Shown piece after piece: positions 8,803 to 18,247 of a stretch of 51,602 bases of DNA. The notes beneath the pieces were generated by a model. The model saw nothing but the letters and a program-made list of their open reading frames with translations, was not told the DNA's origin and ran no database searches. The stretch's first letter is position 1. Each line of letters starts with the position of its first letter. The position numbers and the translations under genes were made by a program. Source of the DNA: Candidatus Babeliales bacterium (GTDB lineage: Bacteria > Babelota > Babeliae > Babelales > Vermiphilaceae); NCBI GenBank assembly GCA_044451405.1, contig JBIOKB010000001.1, positions 1 to 51,602 of the forward strand, in the 5' to 3' direction.

Positions 8803-9362
8803 CTCAACTCTGCATCTTTTAACCCCGTATAGATCATAATCCGAATGGGGATAACGCTTTCAGATTCTGCATGGCGCAAAGAAATAACACAAAAGCGCTC
8901 TGGCTTATCATAGATCAACAGTGTTTCAAAGGGAGCAGAAAGTGCAGCAGTTTTACGCCACCCGGATCGCTCTAAGCCCTGTTCATAGAAAATCGTATAA
9001 TCACTCACATAGCCACGCACATCATAGCCCAAAGTAATGTACCCATCCTGGGCATAAAAATATCGCTCAAGGGCCGTTGATTGTAACGGAATTGGTATAT
9101 CCACGAGGCGCGCTTGGCATTCATGCATCTGAGATCGGATTTTATCGCGCGAGAGTGGCTTTGATTTTTCACTCGAACTCACGTTAGCCTTTGCATCAGG
9201 CGTGAGCGATGAACGTAAAGTATCACGTGAAGTTTCAGCACTAAAAAACTCAAGAGGCCCGCAAGCCTCTTGAGTTGATTTTCTTTTATAGCAGGCAGGG
9301 AGTAAGAATATGCTGCCTATAAGTACAAAGCGAATGCGTGATGCACACTGCATACTTATCAT
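8799..9362 (-). CDS. Putative lipoprotein, unknown function (187 aa)
   Basis: N-terminal hydrophobic segment ending in the lipobox-like LLPAC. Its ATG shares one base with the rplS stop (TAATG at 9360-9364), which implies translational coupling. No family recognised. Confidence 0.55.
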   Translation of the reverse strand: MISMQCASRIRFVLIGSIFLLPACYKRKSTQEACGPLEFFSAETSRDTLRSSLTPDAKANVSSSEKSKPLSRDKIRSQMHECQARLVDIPIPLQSTALERYFYAQDGYITLGYDVRGYVSDYTIFYEQGLERSGWRKTAALSAPFETLLIYDKPERFCVISLRHAESESVIPIRIMIYTGLKDAELS

Positions 9363-9793
9363 TACGCGTTGCTTGCTTCTTCTTTTTGTTTACGTTGTTC
9401 GCGCGTCATAACTTTTTCGCCAACATACGCAGCTTTACCGATTCGTTTTCTCAAGTAGTAGAGCTTAGCGCGACGCACTTTACCTTTTTTAATAAATTGA
9501 ATGGATTCAATTACAGGAGAATAAAATGGAAAAATACGTTCAATTGATACGGAATTATCACCAATTTTGCGTACGGTAAACGTGCTTGATACCCCATTTT
9601 GGTGCATTGCAATTACATCACCTTGAAAGACTTGAATACGTTCTTTAGTTTTTTCAGCGCCTTTTTTACCTTCTCCCACTTCTTTTATTTTTTGAGATAC
9701 GGCAATAGTATCGCCAATTTCAATCTTAGGAAAATTGCGTTCGTAGATTCCTAAAGCATTGATCGTTTCTTTGGTATATTTTTTAGCTTTCAT
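9362..9793 (-). CDS. rplS: 50S ribosomal protein L19
   Basis: L19 core (IEIGDTIAVSQKI....RIQVFQGDVIAMHQNGVSSTFTVRKI..VSIERIFPFYSPVIESI...KGKVRRAKLYYLR). It carries a short internal charged insert (EVGEGKKGAEKTKE) and a basic C-terminal tail, so it is longer (143 aa) than typical L19. Confidence 0.9.
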   Translation of the reverse strand: MKAKKYTKETINALGIYERNFPKIEIGDTIAVSQKIKEVGEGKKGAEKTKERIQVFQGDVIAMHQNGVSSTFTVRKIGDNSVSIERIFPFYSPVIESIQFIKKGKVRRAKLYYLRKRIGKAAYVGEKVMTREQRKQKEEASNA

Positions 9794-9883
9794 ACCTTAT
9801 TCCTGCATGGATATAAATGGATAGGTCAAAAATTTATAGATGTATGTTTACTATACTGGAAAATACCCGCTATGACAATGGGA

Positions 9884-11191
9884 TTATGATGGCACCACAT
9901 TAATTCCCAACCAGCGATCTAAAATGATCCCTACTGCTGAGCGTACCGATAGGTGATTAAAGGAAGAAAACCCTTCAACCGGGGGCACGATATAATCGCA
10001 GCGAGCAATAAGCTCAGGGGTTAACCCTTGTCCGGTGCCAAAGACAAAAAGCACCGGCCTTTTATGAGCCCAGACTATCTGCTGGTCATAATAGGTAATA
10101 TGATTAGGATGTTTGGTTTCCCGTGCTGACGTTGCTATCAACAATGGTTTTTTACCCTCTTTGTGCTCAATTGCGGCAATAACTTCATCGATTGTTGAGC
10201 TCACACGCACAGCATTTACCGCCTCGTGGCGTACCGGATTATAGTCGATCCCAATCCCCTTTTGCCAAAAGTTAAGCAAGGTATTTACAATCTTTTGCTG
10301 ATCAAGCAATGGAGTAACTACAAAATAGTTCTTTAACCCGTAGGTAGCTGATGATCGGGCAATATCATGGAGATCAACAGAGGTTACTGAGGTGGTTCCT
10401 ACTTTACGTTCATGGGGCCCAATTAATACATCCCCATGCATAAGTGCACAGTAATGGAAAGGTATCGTCGTTGCAATAAGCTTTTTCTGCTCTGCAGTCA
10501 CGGTATGTGAACGCACCCATTGATAATGCTCATACACGCTTGCATTGACCGCTTGTTTGAGCCGCCATTGACGCAGCGCTTCATGATTACCCGAGCGTAT
10601 AACCTCAGGAACTTCCATCCCCTGCCATACTATTGGTTGCGTATATTCAGGATAATCAACAAACGGACCATTAAATGAATCATGGGCTACTGATTCTTCT
10701 TTACCAACAATACCAGGAAGTAATCGCAGAAAACCCTCTAACACCATCATGGCTGGCACATCACCACCCATAAGCACAAAATCGCCAACCGAGATGATCT
10801 CATCGGCATACATGTGCTCAACGCGTGCATCCATCCCTTCATACCGAGCAGGAAGCATCATGATATGACCACAAGAGGCAGATTTCTCTTTAATCCGTTG
10901 TAACGTTGTTTGGGTTAGCTTCTGACCACGTGGTGAGAAAAAGATTTTATATGCCTTGCCATGAGCACGCTCCTGATCTTCTATAGCCTTCTGCACCACA
11001 TCTGGTCGAATGAGCATGCCCGCACCATGACCAAAGGTTGGCGCATCAATACGCTCTTTAGGTTCCACGTAGGAAAAAAGCGAAGTAACGTTAACAGAAA
11101 TGAGATTCTTTTCCTGAGCGCGGCGCACTAAACTGGTTGCTAAAAATGGCTGATAGAGCTCAGGAAATAACGAGACGATTGAGATGTTCAT
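9884..11191 (-). CDS. trmD: tRNA (guanine37-N1)-methyltransferase TrmD fused to a C-terminal Tm1570-type SPOUT-like domain
   Basis: Residues 1 to about 242 carry TrmD motifs (SLFPE, FSPRGQKL, LPARYEGMDARV, SVGDFVLMGGDVPAMMVLEGFLRLLPG, RSGNHEALRQWR). Residues about 243-435 resemble the Tm1570/Methyltrn_RNA_4 family (TSVTSVDLHDIARSSATYGLKNYFVVTP ... VLFVFGTGQGL ... FNHLSVRSAVGIILDRWLG). Total 435 aa, against about 250 aa for stand-alone TrmD. Confidence 0.85.
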   Translation of the reverse strand: MNISIVSLFPELYQPFLATSLVRRAQEKNLISVNVTSLFSYVEPKERIDAPTFGHGAGMLIRPDVVQKAIEDQERAHGKAYKIFFSPRGQKLTQTTLQRIKEKSASCGHIMMLPARYEGMDARVEHMYADEIISVGDFVLMGGDVPAMMVLEGFLRLLPGIVGKEESVAHDSFNGPFVDYPEYTQPIVWQGMEVPEVIRSGNHEALRQWRLKQAVNASVYEHYQWVRSHTVTAEQKKLIATTIPFHYCALMHGDVLIGPHERKVGTTSVTSVDLHDIARSSATYGLKNYFVVTPLLDQQKIVNTLLNFWQKGIGIDYNPVRHEAVNAVRVSSTIDEVIAAIEHKEGKKPLLIATSARETKHPNHITYYDQQIVWAHKRPVLFVFGTGQGLTPELIARCDYIVPPVEGFSSFNHLSVRSAVGIILDRWLGINVVPS

Positions 11192-11422
11192 TTATTTAAT
11201 GATATCGACACTAATATCGCTTCCTGCAGGGCTTACTGCAAAAGCCAATGATCTGATGGCACGTATTGTTTGACCATCTTTGCCAATAACACGCCCTAAA
11301 TCTTCCTCACCCACCTTGACGCCTACCACGATCTTATCCCCTTCATGTGTTTGTGTAACGGTAACAAGATCGGGGTTATCAACGAGTGACTTAACGATAT
11401 ATTCTATGAATGATGTAAGCAT
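11192..11422 (-). CDS. KH-domain RNA-binding protein (UPF0109/YlqC-like)
   Basis: 76 aa with the KH GxxG loop (GRVIGKDGQTIRAIRSL). Canonical position between rpsP and trmD. Its stop abuts the trmD ATG, and its ATG overlaps the rpsP stop by one base. Confidence 0.8.
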   Translation of the reverse strand: MLTSFIEYIVKSLVDNPDLVTVTQTHEGDKIVVGVKVGEEDLGRVIGKDGQTIRAIRSLAFAVSPAGSDISVDIIK

Positions 11423-11772
11423 TATGCTGCCTTATCTGCAGTCGCTTCAGAGACAGCTTGAGCTGGCGCAGCTTTTTTAGTCGTTTTAGCTTTTGCCGCT
11501 TTTGGCTTTTTCTCTGCTTCTACCGCAGGACCTGAAGCTTTTTTATGCGCTTTATGAATTTTCTTTACCACATCGGTAGGCACTGCGCCAACAGAGAGCC
11601 AATAATTCATGCGCTCTTCATGGAACGTTACGAGGGTAGAATTAAGTGCATCATACGTACCTAAATCTTCTAAGCACGCACCATCACGCTTTTTACGACC
11701 ATCAACGGCAACTATTCTATAGAAAGGGGCATGCTTTTTCCCTATACGAGATAAGCGTAATCTAACTGGCAT
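11422..11772 (-). CDS. rpsP: 30S ribosomal protein S16 with K/A-rich C-terminal tail
   Basis: Canonical N-terminus MPVRLRLSRIGKKHAPFYRIVAVD begins at ATG 11772. The ORF track extends 7 codons further, to 11793. C-terminal tail: AEKKPKAAKAKTTKKAAPAQA. Confidence 0.9.
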   Translation of the reverse strand: MPVRLRLSRIGKKHAPFYRIVAVDGRKKRDGACLEDLGTYDALNSTLVTFHEERMNYWLSVGAVPTDVVKKIHKAHKKASGPAVEAEKKPKAAKAKTTKKAAPAQAVSEATADKAA

Positions 11773-11819
11773 TAAATGATTCCTTTTGTACAAAAAGATA
11801 TATATATAAAACTACAATT

Positions 11820-13154
11820 CTATCTGAAAAGCCCATTATGCTTACTAAACTTTTTGAAAAGTTTAGCATATTGCTGACTTTGTTCAAATCGCTCTAACAG
11901 AATATTAACATCGCAAACCTGCACACCCGACCCTTTGGCAACTCTACGCTTTCTTGAAGAATCAAGGATAGTAGGGTTCAATCGCTCTTTACGCGTCATT
12001 GAGCTGATAATAGCACGAAATTTTTTAAGCTCTTTTTCTCCTTGTTCTATCTGTTCAGGAGAAATGGTAACCCCTCCTGCCCCTGGCATATATTTAATCA
12101 GCGTAGAAAGGGAACCTATCTTATTCATCATGGCTAACTGGTCGGCAAAATCTTGTAACGTCATGCGTCCCTTCATCAACGACGCATAGGCTGATTCTTG
12201 TTCACGGGCTGAGACTACGTTTTCAGCTTTTTCAATAAGACTTAACACGTCGCCCATCCCTAAAATGCGGCCTGCCATCCGATCAGCATAGAAAATGCTC
12301 AGATCGGCTATCTTTTCTCCTGTACCTACAAACACAATCGGCTTTTTTTGGGTGTATCTAAACGCAAAGGCAGCACCTGCCCGCGTCTGGCTATCTAATT
12401 TGGTTAAAATAGCTCCGCAATAACCAACCCCTTGCTCAAATGCTTGGGCAATGGTTAACGATTCTTGCCCGGTCATAGCATCCAGCACAATAAATTTATA
12501 GCGTGGGGTAAGGTGCGTATCAATATCACGGAGCTCTTGAATCATCTGATTATCAATATGCAAACGACCTGCCGTATCTAAAAACAGCAAATCATAGCCT
12601 TCTCTTTTTGCGTATGCATGGATATCACACGCTGCTGATACCACATCTGCTTTTGATGATCGATAAAAGTCTACCCCAACGTGCTGTGCCAATATCTCAA
12701 GCTGATCAATGGCAGCAGGACGATAAAAGTCGACTGATGCCAGAAGTATCAAGCGTTTTTTACCCCGTTTTTTAGCCTGCTCTTGAACCCAGTAGGCCAT
12801 TTTGGCTGTTGTAGTTGTTTTTCCTGACCCCTGAAGCCCCATAACCAGCACCGTTGATGGGAGCTGGAAACTGAATTCAACTGAATCAGCCCCGCCTAAG
12901 AATGCTTTAAGCTTTTCATGCACTATTTTAATTAATTGATCACCCGGCTTTAACGCAGTAAGTATCTTTTTCCCCACACTTTCAGCCGTTACCTCAGCAA
13001 TAAACTGCTCTACCACGTGATAGGGCACGTCTGCTTGTAACAATGCTTCCCGCACCTTTTCAAGCGCCTGCTGCATATTCTCATGGGTAAGATGGGATTT
13101 ACCGGTAATGGTAGAGAAAATAGAGGAAAATTTCTCGGATAAAAAATCAAACAC
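11820..13154 (-). CDS. ffh: Signal recognition particle protein Ffh
   Basis: N and G domains with GLQGSGKTTTTAKMA, DTAGRL and TKLD, plus a methionine-rich M domain (MMNKIGSLSTLIKYMPG). Confidence 0.95.
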   Translation of the reverse strand: MFDFLSEKFSSIFSTITGKSHLTHENMQQALEKVREALLQADVPYHVVEQFIAEVTAESVGKKILTALKPGDQLIKIVHEKLKAFLGGADSVEFSFQLPSTVLVMGLQGSGKTTTTAKMAYWVQEQAKKRGKKRLILLASVDFYRPAAIDQLEILAQHVGVDFYRSSKADVVSAACDIHAYAKREGYDLLFLDTAGRLHIDNQMIQELRDIDTHLTPRYKFIVLDAMTGQESLTIAQAFEQGVGYCGAILTKLDSQTRAGAAFAFRYTQKKPIVFVGTGEKIADLSIFYADRMAGRILGMGDVLSLIEKAENVVSAREQESAYASLMKGRMTLQDFADQLAMMNKIGSLSTLIKYMPGAGGVTISPEQIEQGEKELKKFRAIISSMTRKERLNPTILDSSRKRRVAKGSGVQVCDVNILLERFEQSQQYAKLFKKFSKHNGLFR

Positions 13155-13325
13155 GGCTATTCCTAAATAATTTATGCATGTAGGCTCATTAGTATAGCAG
13201 AATGAGCATCTCTTGCTATATTCCCCTCTGCTTTTTTATGCGCTATTTTAAACACAAGCCCTTTACTTTACCCTATTTTCTATTAGTATAGAAATATGAT
13301 GAGTATCCCTTAACCAAGTGATAGT

Positions 13326-14441
13326 ATGACCAAACAAGCCCACTACCTAACCGAATATTTACCTAAAATTCTTATTGTTGGTGTCCAAGCTCCCTATAAC
13401 CTCACACCCAACATCGAATCCTACTTCCAAGAATTCCGTAACCTTGTTAAAACGAACGACATTATTCCTGACTATGAACTCTATATTCAGCTACGTTCCA
13501 TTGACCCGAGCTACTTTTTCACCAAAGGGAAATTGGAAGAGTTAAAAGAGTACTGCGATGAATATTACATTGAAGAGGTTGTTATCTCAGATACCCTGAG
13601 TGCACTTCAAGAGCGTAACTTAAGCGACATGCTTGATTGTCGCGTCTATGATCGCACACAACTCATTTTAGAAATATTTGAAAAAGGAGCTCATTCAGCT
13701 GAAGGTAAAGCACAAGTTGCCATCGCTATGTTTCAGCATTTAAAAACACGCATGGCTGGCAAGGGAATTAATTACGCGCAACAATCTGGTGTACGTGGCT
13801 TTAGAGGTGGTTTTGGTGAAACCGCAAAAGAAAAAGAAAAACGTCATCTTGAAAAAAGTATTTTAAATCTAGAACGGCAATTAGAGCATCTACACAAAGT
13901 ACGGGCTACCCAGCGCAAACAGCGGCTGAACACCGGCATTAAACAAATCTGTATTATTGGATACACCAACGCTGGCAAATCAACTATTTTAAACGCGCTT
14001 ACTAAAAGTAACGTGTTAGCGGAAAATAAACTGTTTGCCACCCTTGATACGACTACTCGCGAGCTATATATTCACGGCACAAAAGTTGGTCTTATATCCG
14101 ATACCGTAGGATTCATTCAACAACTTCCTACCAAGTTAATTGATGCATTTAAATCAACATTATCAGAATTAGAATATGCTGATTTATTGCTCCATGTAGT
14201 TGATATTTCCGATCCAAATTGGGAAGCTCACATTCAGGTGGTCCATGAAATCTTGCGTGAACTTGGCGTAGAAAAAGACATGCTCTATGTCTTTAATAAA
14301 GTAGATCTCCTGGGAATAGTGCCGCATCATGGCAGCGCGATCAATCGTTACCAGCCGCATATTATTATCAATGCCACCTCAAAAGAGGGCATCAAACCAT
14401 TAGTTGAATATTTACAGGATTGGCAAGCGTATCAACAATAG
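13326..14441 (+). CDS. hflX: GTPase HflX
   Basis: HflX N-terminal domain (LILEIFEKGAHSAEGKAQVAIAMFQH) followed by a G domain (GYTNAGKSTILNALT, DTVGFI, NKVD). Confidence 0.9.
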   Translation: MTKQAHYLTEYLPKILIVGVQAPYNLTPNIESYFQEFRNLVKTNDIIPDYELYIQLRSIDPSYFFTKGKLEELKEYCDEYYIEEVVISDTLSALQERNLSDMLDCRVYDRTQLILEIFEKGAHSAEGKAQVAIAMFQHLKTRMAGKGINYAQQSGVRGFRGGFGETAKEKEKRHLEKSILNLERQLEHLHKVRATQRKQRLNTGIKQICIIGYTNAGKSTILNALTKSNVLAENKLFATLDTTTRELYIHGTKVGLISDTVGFIQQLPTKLIDAFKSTLSELEYADLLLHVVDISDPNWEAHIQVVHEILRELGVEKDMLYVFNKVDLLGIVPHHGSAINRYQPHIIINATSKEGIKPLVEYLQDWQAYQQ

Positions 14442-14517
14442 ATTTGTTGTCTTTGCATATCTACCATGCTATATCTGGTGAGCGAACATACATATCTTTT
14501 ACTTAAGGGGATATACT

Positions 14518-14781
14518 ATGAAGCGCATAATCTATTCTCTCGGAAGCATACTCCTGCTCACACCAATCACGGCATTAAGCATGACAGTTGCACCATCTCA
14601 ATCAGAATCTCTTGAAGACACAATAAAAAAAGCATTTGCTCAAAAAGTTGCTGAAATTGAGCGAAAAAAGAAAGAGCTCTATTTTAGAGCTCCAACACAA
14701 CCTAATTCTGAAAACAAACCCCATGTATCGTCATATACACCAAGCACTGATCAAGAATGGGAAATTGTGGTTGTTGATTAG
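14518..14781 (+). CDS. Small secreted protein, unknown function (87 aa)
   Basis: AAGGGG Shine-Dalgarno and signal peptide MKRIIYSLGSILLLTPITALS. No family recognised. Its stop overlaps the convergent neighbour's stop (TTAG). Confidence 0.4.
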   Translation: MKRIIYSLGSILLLTPITALSMTVAPSQSESLEDTIKKAFAQKVAEIERKKKELYFRAPTQPNSENKPHVSSYTPSTDQEWEIVVVD

Positions 14782-15458
14782 AAATTTTTCAAGATAGCTT
14801 GTTGTAAATCGATAAATTGCGCATCAAATAACATATAGCGCTTAAACGCTTGCATATGAAACATAGTAACATCCTGTTCTGTCACCATAGACTTATTAAT
14901 GTGATTATATAATTTCCAGTTCGTTGGCGCTTGCATGCGTGCCGTATTCAATTTCACAAGCAGCTCTGTTAATGAAGCATGTACTTCCAAGGGAACTGGT
15001 TTTTTTCTTGCCCTGCATTTAGCAACAGTATCTTCATGATCCGCTAATCTCAATCGCGCTTGGCAAACATAATCTTGATATGAAATCGCCATCGTTGCTA
15101 CTTTCGGTACTACTCCATCGGCAAGACTCTCAATTTCCTTCTTCTTTTTATACGCATTAAACAAACGAACAGATTCTTCCATCAATTGCCCATCTTGTGC
15201 AAATTCTTGTTTCAACGTTGACACATGCTTGCGCGGTTCTTTTAAACAATGCGCTATGTGACCTCTACATGCAGCTCGCTTTATCTCGTTTTCTTTTAAT
15301 TGCTTAAACTCAGGGCTTTCAGGATAAATGACAGCTCTTGGTTTTTCTATAACAAGCGGTGGACGTCCCGTTGCCCAAAAAAATCTACTACTTAAATCTG
15401 CTGCATTGCTCACTAAAACACATGATGCCATTACTACTCCCATTGCTAATGGGAACAT
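14778..15458 (-). CDS. Secreted protein, unknown function (226 aa)
   Basis: N-terminal hydrophobic signal-like segment MFPLAMGVVMASCVLVSNA and a helical, charged body. No family recognised. Confidence 0.5.
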   Translation of the reverse strand: MFPLAMGVVMASCVLVSNAADLSSRFFWATGRPPLVIEKPRAVIYPESPEFKQLKENEIKRAACRGHIAHCLKEPRKHVSTLKQEFAQDGQLMEESVRLFNAYKKKKEIESLADGVVPKVATMAISYQDYVCQARLRLADHEDTVAKCRARKKPVPLEVHASLTELLVKLNTARMQAPTNWKLYNHINKSMVTEQDVTMFHMQAFKRYMLFDAQFIDLQQAILKNF

Positions 15459-15506
15459 GATTACTCCGCTCTTGTACGATTAATAATAGGACGTGATAAT
15501 TAAAAA

Positions 15507-15806
15507 TTAAAAGATAAGTTCTCTTCCTGACTTTGGATTTTGATCCTGTTTAACTCTATGTTGTAAATTATGCAGTGCTCGTCGTGCTTTTAAAGTATCG
15601 CTACTTTTCTTACCAAACGCTAGCTCTTCTTCTATCTTTTTTTTAAGTTGTGCACGCTGTACAGCCTTAGATTCAGCTGAAACCCCACTCGTATTAATAG
15701 CCGTACGCCATTCTGACAATGGGCGATGCACCTGTTTTTCTGCGCCATGAACTGCTCCCACCATACTCATTGTCAACAACCCAGCTAACACTACGTTATT
15801 TTTCAT
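15507..15806 (-). CDS. Small secreted basic protein, unknown function (99 aa)
   Basis: Signal peptide MKNNVVLAGLLTMSMVGAVHGA followed by a basic helical body. No family recognised. Confidence 0.45.
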   Translation of the reverse strand: MKNNVVLAGLLTMSMVGAVHGAEKQVHRPLSEWRTAINTSGVSAESKAVQRAQLKKKIEEELAFGKKSSDTLKARRALHNLQHRVKQDQNPKSGRELIF

Positions 15807-16030
15807 TGCAACCCTACGATTTATATTTTCTAATACACATACTATACAACATGCCTTATTTGTAAAGGGTAGATAATAATACTCGATGATTACAATCCGT
15901 CAACAGAGCATGGTTAAAAAAGTGTTTAGTTACCGCATTTGTATCCCCTGCTCTCTAGCCCCCCTTTTAAAAAAACGATACACTAACTATACTTATTTAA
16001 GCTATTAAACCGTGAAGCTAAAGGCAGTTA

Positions 16031-18247
16031 ATGCGACCGATAACCTCCTCATTCCAGACATTCTTAGAGACCCGCCTCAACCCTACCCAGCGCAAGGCCG
16101 TCATGCAAAAAGAAGGCCCCCTGCTAGTTGTTGCAGGAGCCGGTTCAGGTAAAACCCGGGTTATTACCGCACGTATCGCCTATTTGATTCTTAATGAGCA
16201 GATTGCCCCGTATTCTATTATTGCCCTGACCTTTACCAATAAAGCAGCCAAAGAAATGCATGACCGTATTGCCATGTTTTTAGGCGCTGAAGAACATATC
16301 CCGTTTATTGGCACGTTCCATGGCTACTGCTTACGTCTGCTAAAAAAGAACAGTCACCTGCTCCCTACCCCCTTTGTAACCATCCTTGATGAGCAGGACC
16401 AGCAGACTATATTGAGTCAGATTATTGGCAGAAGTGCGTTAGAGAAAAAAATTACAGCAAAACAGGCTGCGTATTATATATCACAGCTTAAGAATCAGCT
16501 TATCCAACCGAATGCTGATTCTTTTGATAATCCCCTCTTATTTGATATCTATAAAGCCTATGAGCATGAAAAACGATTAAGCCGCGCCCTTGATTTTGAC
16601 GATCTGCTTCTAGAAACCCTCAACCTTTTTAGAAACAATCCTGCATTTAAAGCCCAGTTTCAACAGACGGTACGTCACATTTTAATTGATGAATACCAAG
16701 ATACAAACGTTGTACAGCACGCACTGTTAAAACAGATGGCACTTGATAACACTGGCAAGGTTGTAGTTGATTCTATTTGTGCTGTTGGTGATGAAGATCA
16801 GTCTATCTACTCATGGCGTGGTGCAACGGTGCATAACATTATGAACTTTAGCACAGATTTCCCGAATACTACGTTAGTGAAAGTTGAGCAAAACTATCGC
16901 ACCGTACAACCAATTCTTGAAGTTGCTAATAGCCTTATTGCGCACAACAAAATGCGTAACCCTAAAAAATTATGGTCTGAGCGCTTAGGGCGCGATAGAA
17001 TCCGCACAGTAACCACCATTTCTGAATACCAAGAAGCTGAAGTTATTACCCACTTTTTACGCCTAGCACGCCAGCAGCTTGCTCCCTCTATTGCTATTTT
17101 ATATCGTGCCCATTTTCAATCACGAGTTATAGAAGAAGCGCTCATCAAACAATCAATACCGTATAAAATTATTGGCGGCATTCAATTTTATGAACGTAAA
17201 GAGATAAAAGATTTGCTCGCCTACATGCGGTTAGTAGTTAATCCCTATGATCGCACCGCCTTTTTTAGAATTATCAACTATCCATTACGCGGCTTTGGTC
17301 CCAAATTTGAAGAGACGTTTCACGCACAGTGGGAAGCTGAACCGTTACTTTCATTCATACAACTTGCCCATAAACTCATTGATGAGAAACAGATAATTGG
17401 CACTAAAAAAACGATGCTCACCGAGTTTATACAGATGTATGAAGGCATTAAACCAGAAGAAACACCTGGTCACGTACTTAATCATCTGTTGACTGCTACT
17501 GAATATATTAGTTACGTGCGCAAAAATTATGAGCCACAAGAAGCACAAATGCGCCTTGATAATATTAAAGAATTGTTACGTGCTATTGAGCACTTTGAAG
17601 AACAGGGTAAAAAAACAGTTGCTGCCTTTTTGGATGAAGTTGCACTGCTACAGGCAAAACATAATGAAGATTATGCAACAGCTAACCCGGTACTGTTAAT
17701 GACCTTGCATGCGGCAAAAGGGCTTGAATTTGATATGGTTATCATTCCCGGCCTTGAAGATAGCATTTTGCCCAGCTCACGTGCTACTGCAAGCCCTGAA
17801 GCATTAGAAGAAGAGCGCCGTTTATTGTATGTGGGCATCACGCGTGCTAAAGATCGGTTACTATTAACTCATAGCAGATATAGAACTACGTATGGCGCTA
17901 CGACCGATTCTTCCGTTTCACGCTTTATTTATGAGCTTCCTGAGCATCTTATCCAGCGCTACGATGTATCCTATTGGGCAAAGCCACAGATACTTGATCT
18001 CTTTGGTGAATGGTTTGATATACAACCAACGATAACAAGCACCACCGTGAGACACACTATCAAGCCAGGCAAACCAAAACCGATGACCCACCATAAACCA
18101 TTACGTCAGTATCAAACCATACGGCACATACAATTTGGCGTTGGATTTATTCAAAAAATACAGCAACGAGGCAAAAGCTCCATTGCTGAAGTCAAATTTA
18201 AATCGGGTGTTAAAAAAATTGATACGCGCTTTTTAGAACCGTTGTGA
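16031..18247 (+). CDS. pcrA: ATP-dependent DNA helicase, UvrD/PcrA family (SF1)
   Basis: 738 aa with SF1 motifs in order (AGAGSGKTRVIT, TFTNKAAKEM, ILIDEYQDTN, VGDEDQSIYSWRGA, QNYR, TLHAAKGLEFD, LLYVGITRAK) and a small C-terminal Tudor-like tail. Confidence 0.9.
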   Translation: MRPITSSFQTFLETRLNPTQRKAVMQKEGPLLVVAGAGSGKTRVITARIAYLILNEQIAPYSIIALTFTNKAAKEMHDRIAMFLGAEEHIPFIGTFHGYCLRLLKKNSHLLPTPFVTILDEQDQQTILSQIIGRSALEKKITAKQAAYYISQLKNQLIQPNADSFDNPLLFDIYKAYEHEKRLSRALDFDDLLLETLNLFRNNPAFKAQFQQTVRHILIDEYQDTNVVQHALLKQMALDNTGKVVVDSICAVGDEDQSIYSWRGATVHNIMNFSTDFPNTTLVKVEQNYRTVQPILEVANSLIAHNKMRNPKKLWSERLGRDRIRTVTTISEYQEAEVITHFLRLARQQLAPSIAILYRAHFQSRVIEEALIKQSIPYKIIGGIQFYERKEIKDLLAYMRLVVNPYDRTAFFRIINYPLRGFGPKFEETFHAQWEAEPLLSFIQLAHKLIDEKQIIGTKKTMLTEFIQMYEGIKPEETPGHVLNHLLTATEYISYVRKNYEPQEAQMRLDNIKELLRAIEHFEEQGKKTVAAFLDEVALLQAKHNEDYATANPVLLMTLHAAKGLEFDMVIIPGLEDSILPSSRATASPEALEEERRLLYVGITRAKDRLLLTHSRYRTTYGATTDSSVSRFIYELPEHLIQRYDVSYWAKPQILDLFGEWFDIQPTITSTTVRHTIKPGKPKPMTHHKPLRQYQTIRHIQFGVGFIQKIQQRGKSSIAEVKFKSGVKKIDTRFLEPL

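Noticed and set aside
13184-13207. 7-bp inverted repeat GCTCATT-N10-AATGAGC in the ffh/hflX divergent intergenic region
   Set aside because: It could be an operator or a 5'-UTR hairpin. It is short, has no second copy in the window and has no associated regulator, so there is not enough to make a call.
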